Source: Eutreptiella sp. 'Long Island Sound 2002' | Taxonomy: Eukaryota > Protista > Euglenida | Direction: 5' to 3' | Length of the DNA stretch: 64,000 nucleotides | Assembly: GCA_964036045.1 (NCBI GenBank) | Contig: OZ038378.1 | Span: 22,320,001 to 22,384,000 of the forward strand | Shown here: piece after piece, positions 61,874 through 64,000 of the stretch | How the letters are laid out: each line of letters begins with the position of its first letter | How positions within the stretch are numbered: the first letter of the stretch is position 1 | Made by a program: the position numbers and the translations under genes | The notes under the pieces: model-generated | Database searches by the model: none | The model's input: the letters and a program-made list of their open reading frames with translations, nothing else | What the model was told of the DNA's origin: nothing

Positions 61874-62998
61874 TCACAAAATGCACCCCGTCGGTCGCCT
61901 TTCAGGATTGCTGCCCCTGAGATGGAGCCCAAGTGAACGTGGATCAACTTGCAGCATCATAACCGGGCACAATCTGCCTTCTGACTTAAAGACCTGCACG
62001 ACAGGGTGTTATTTTTACGTTTCGCCCAACAAAAAAATACTGTCGCTCCAAGAAGTGCCAGTCTCCTTCCTTGTACTCCTACCTTGTTTGCGACACACCT
62101 GCGGAGAGCGGAACCCCAACTTGGTGAAGAATGATATACTTTGTACATTGTGACTCCAAATGCTGTGAACAGAGACATGGTCCCACGAGCACCAAAAGAC
62201 CCCGCACCGACCAATCACCCCTCGTCCCGACGCACGCACGCACGGGCCAAATACCGAAAAAACCCTTCCTCGTTCATGTCAATTCGGCCCACTAGACGCC
62301 AATTGCATATGTCGAACGGAAGGCTGGTTGTCGCCAATGTCAATGAGTGTCAATGAGGCAAGGTTCACTCGGTTGCGCCATTTGAGTGTCCTTGCTTTAC
62401 GACCGCACGGGCATTCTATCCCCTAGCTCGCTCGCAGCGCGATGAGACCTGGCATACAAAGCCGCTGCATCGTCTGCCACCTCCAAAACATCGAAGTACA
62501 GTTTCAACGCAGCAGCCATGGCCTGCTTCCCATACCCTACGCCATGATACCGCGGGTCAATAAATAGGGACACAAGGACCTAAAGAATGCACAATGGGGC
62601 AACAAGGGCACAAGGCAAACTTAGGTGCGTCAAAACAGGCAAACAGGAACTAGCGTCACAGGCTTATGCAATTGCATATCACTAATTGCGTTGGTGGTGT
62701 GCATCTCACGTAGGTTAATCATGAATTGTGAGTTTCCGTCTCACTAGCAGTTGTAGGTTCAAGTAATGTCTGCGTCAATTTATATGCATTGGTGCGTAAA
62801 CGTTTCGTTGGCGGACATGCTTACACCACAAACAACGTGCAAGCCGTCTTCCAAGGGCCACACCTTTCCCACAAACAACACGTGCTTGTCATCAGATTTA
62901 AACTCGACTCTACCCACAACATCTCCACTGTTTCTCTGCACCACGACCCATTTGGTTGGATGCGCCTCTCGTACCACTTCGGCTAGCAATTGCTTCAT
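61874..62998 (-). CDS. GNAT-family (RimJ/RimL-like) N-acetyltransferase, 3' exons
   Basis: Phase-consistent GT-AG exons: 62998-62825 (WVVVQRNSGDVVGRVEF), 62579-62449 (motif A LFIDPRYHGVGYG), 62162-62099 (motif B NVQSISFFTKLGF) and 61993-61874 (stop). The 5' end may lie further upstream. Confidence 0.85.
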
Positions 62999-64000
62999 CT
63001 GCAGCAGCGGACGTAGAGATGATGGCATATCACTATGTCTCACAAAACGACCCCTCCCCCTCCCCCGACCACCACCCGCCGCCGCCAGGGGTTACATTTC
63101 ATGTGCTACATTTTCAGTTTTGGTACAAGAGGCCTACCCCGCAAGCTTCATACTCTAGCATGCTCTTATCCTGACGCCAGTTCCCATTAATTGCCTCAAC
63201 TCTAATTTCGCTACGAAGAACCATTTTTGCATTGAATTTTTGTTGTGGTTTTTTCTCCGACGCCTTTGTATTCCATTCTTGATTGTTTGATTCTACCTCA
63301 TGCTTTGACTTGCATGGTTGTATCGATAATTAGAGGAAACAGTATGCGCTTTGCTCGAATTGGTAATGAGGTGATACATGAAAGCCAGATCTATGAAGTT
63401 CCCAATGTACTTAAGACAGCACCGTTGATTGGAACGCATTTGTCGGACTTGGTTCTTCATAGTTTAATGGCCATCTGAAGATTGTTTCTCCCTCTTGTGC
63501 CCGTCACGCCACCTTTGTTGAGTGTAATTGCATTTCGACTTTAGTGCGAGGGTTACCCTTGCAGGGTTACCCTGGCCTCATGAGTTTACCCCTGCCTAGG
63601 CAGGGCGCTCCTAGCAGTACCATATGTGGACCATCCGGGACCATCCAGGACATTCACGGGACATACACTCTTATCGTATTATATGCGTGTAAGTTTGTTT
63701 GCTCCGCAATAGATGATATTCAATGAAGCTCAATACGCAAGGGTGACACATATTCCTGCACTTTCTCTCACAGAAACTGTGTTGTGGTCTTTCTTTCTTT
63801 TGTTGACGTCTGTGTTCACTGAGGAAAGCAGTCCCCCACCAGCCAAAGTGTGAGTTTGTTTGAGCTTTTCAATTTTGTTACGGGCCGCCATGGTAAATCC
63901 GAATTCCGATTTACTTTATGAAACTTTAGGAGACACCTTGGCCGATTGAGCATTTGTGAACGGCTTTTTTTTGAAGCATGGTGGTTTTTTTGTATAGCCG

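Overview
Eukaryotic, intron-rich and repeat-dense genomic DNA, most likely from a euglenid. The basis for that call is a near-perfect Euglena-type spliced-leader (SL) sequence at 2341-2365 (-). One 200-N scaffold gap lies at 1235-1434. Most ORF-track entries are antisense shadows or microsatellite artefacts, so genes were rebuilt by hand from splice sites, exon phase and protein motifs. All six host genes found are on the minus strand. In order of decreasing coordinate: a GNAT acetyltransferase (~63.0-61.9 kb), a PCIF1/CAPAM-like methyltransferase whose catalytic NPPF reads APPN (~55.9-48.5 kb), a tubulin-tyrosine-ligase-like ATP-grasp gene (~43.6-18.0 kb, 5' exons tentative), a tentative FAM86/EEF2KMT-like methyltransferase (16.9-6.7 kb), an intronless PITP lipid-transfer gene apparently nested in the first intron of that gene, and an ABCA transporter running off the left edge. 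Introns and intergenic DNA contain decayed RNase H/zinc-finger non-LTR retrotransposon fragments, MITEs, tRNA-derived SINE heads, a 161-bp higher-order satellite, and a Ulp1-protease/Zn/SAP transposon-like ORF between inverted repeats. The most interesting signals are the genomic SL relics (possible mRNA recycling), the divergent PCIF1-like enzyme, the Zisupton/KDZ-like element, and TALE-like peptide repeats in the ABCA ectodomain. No database searches were run; family calls rest on remembered motifs.
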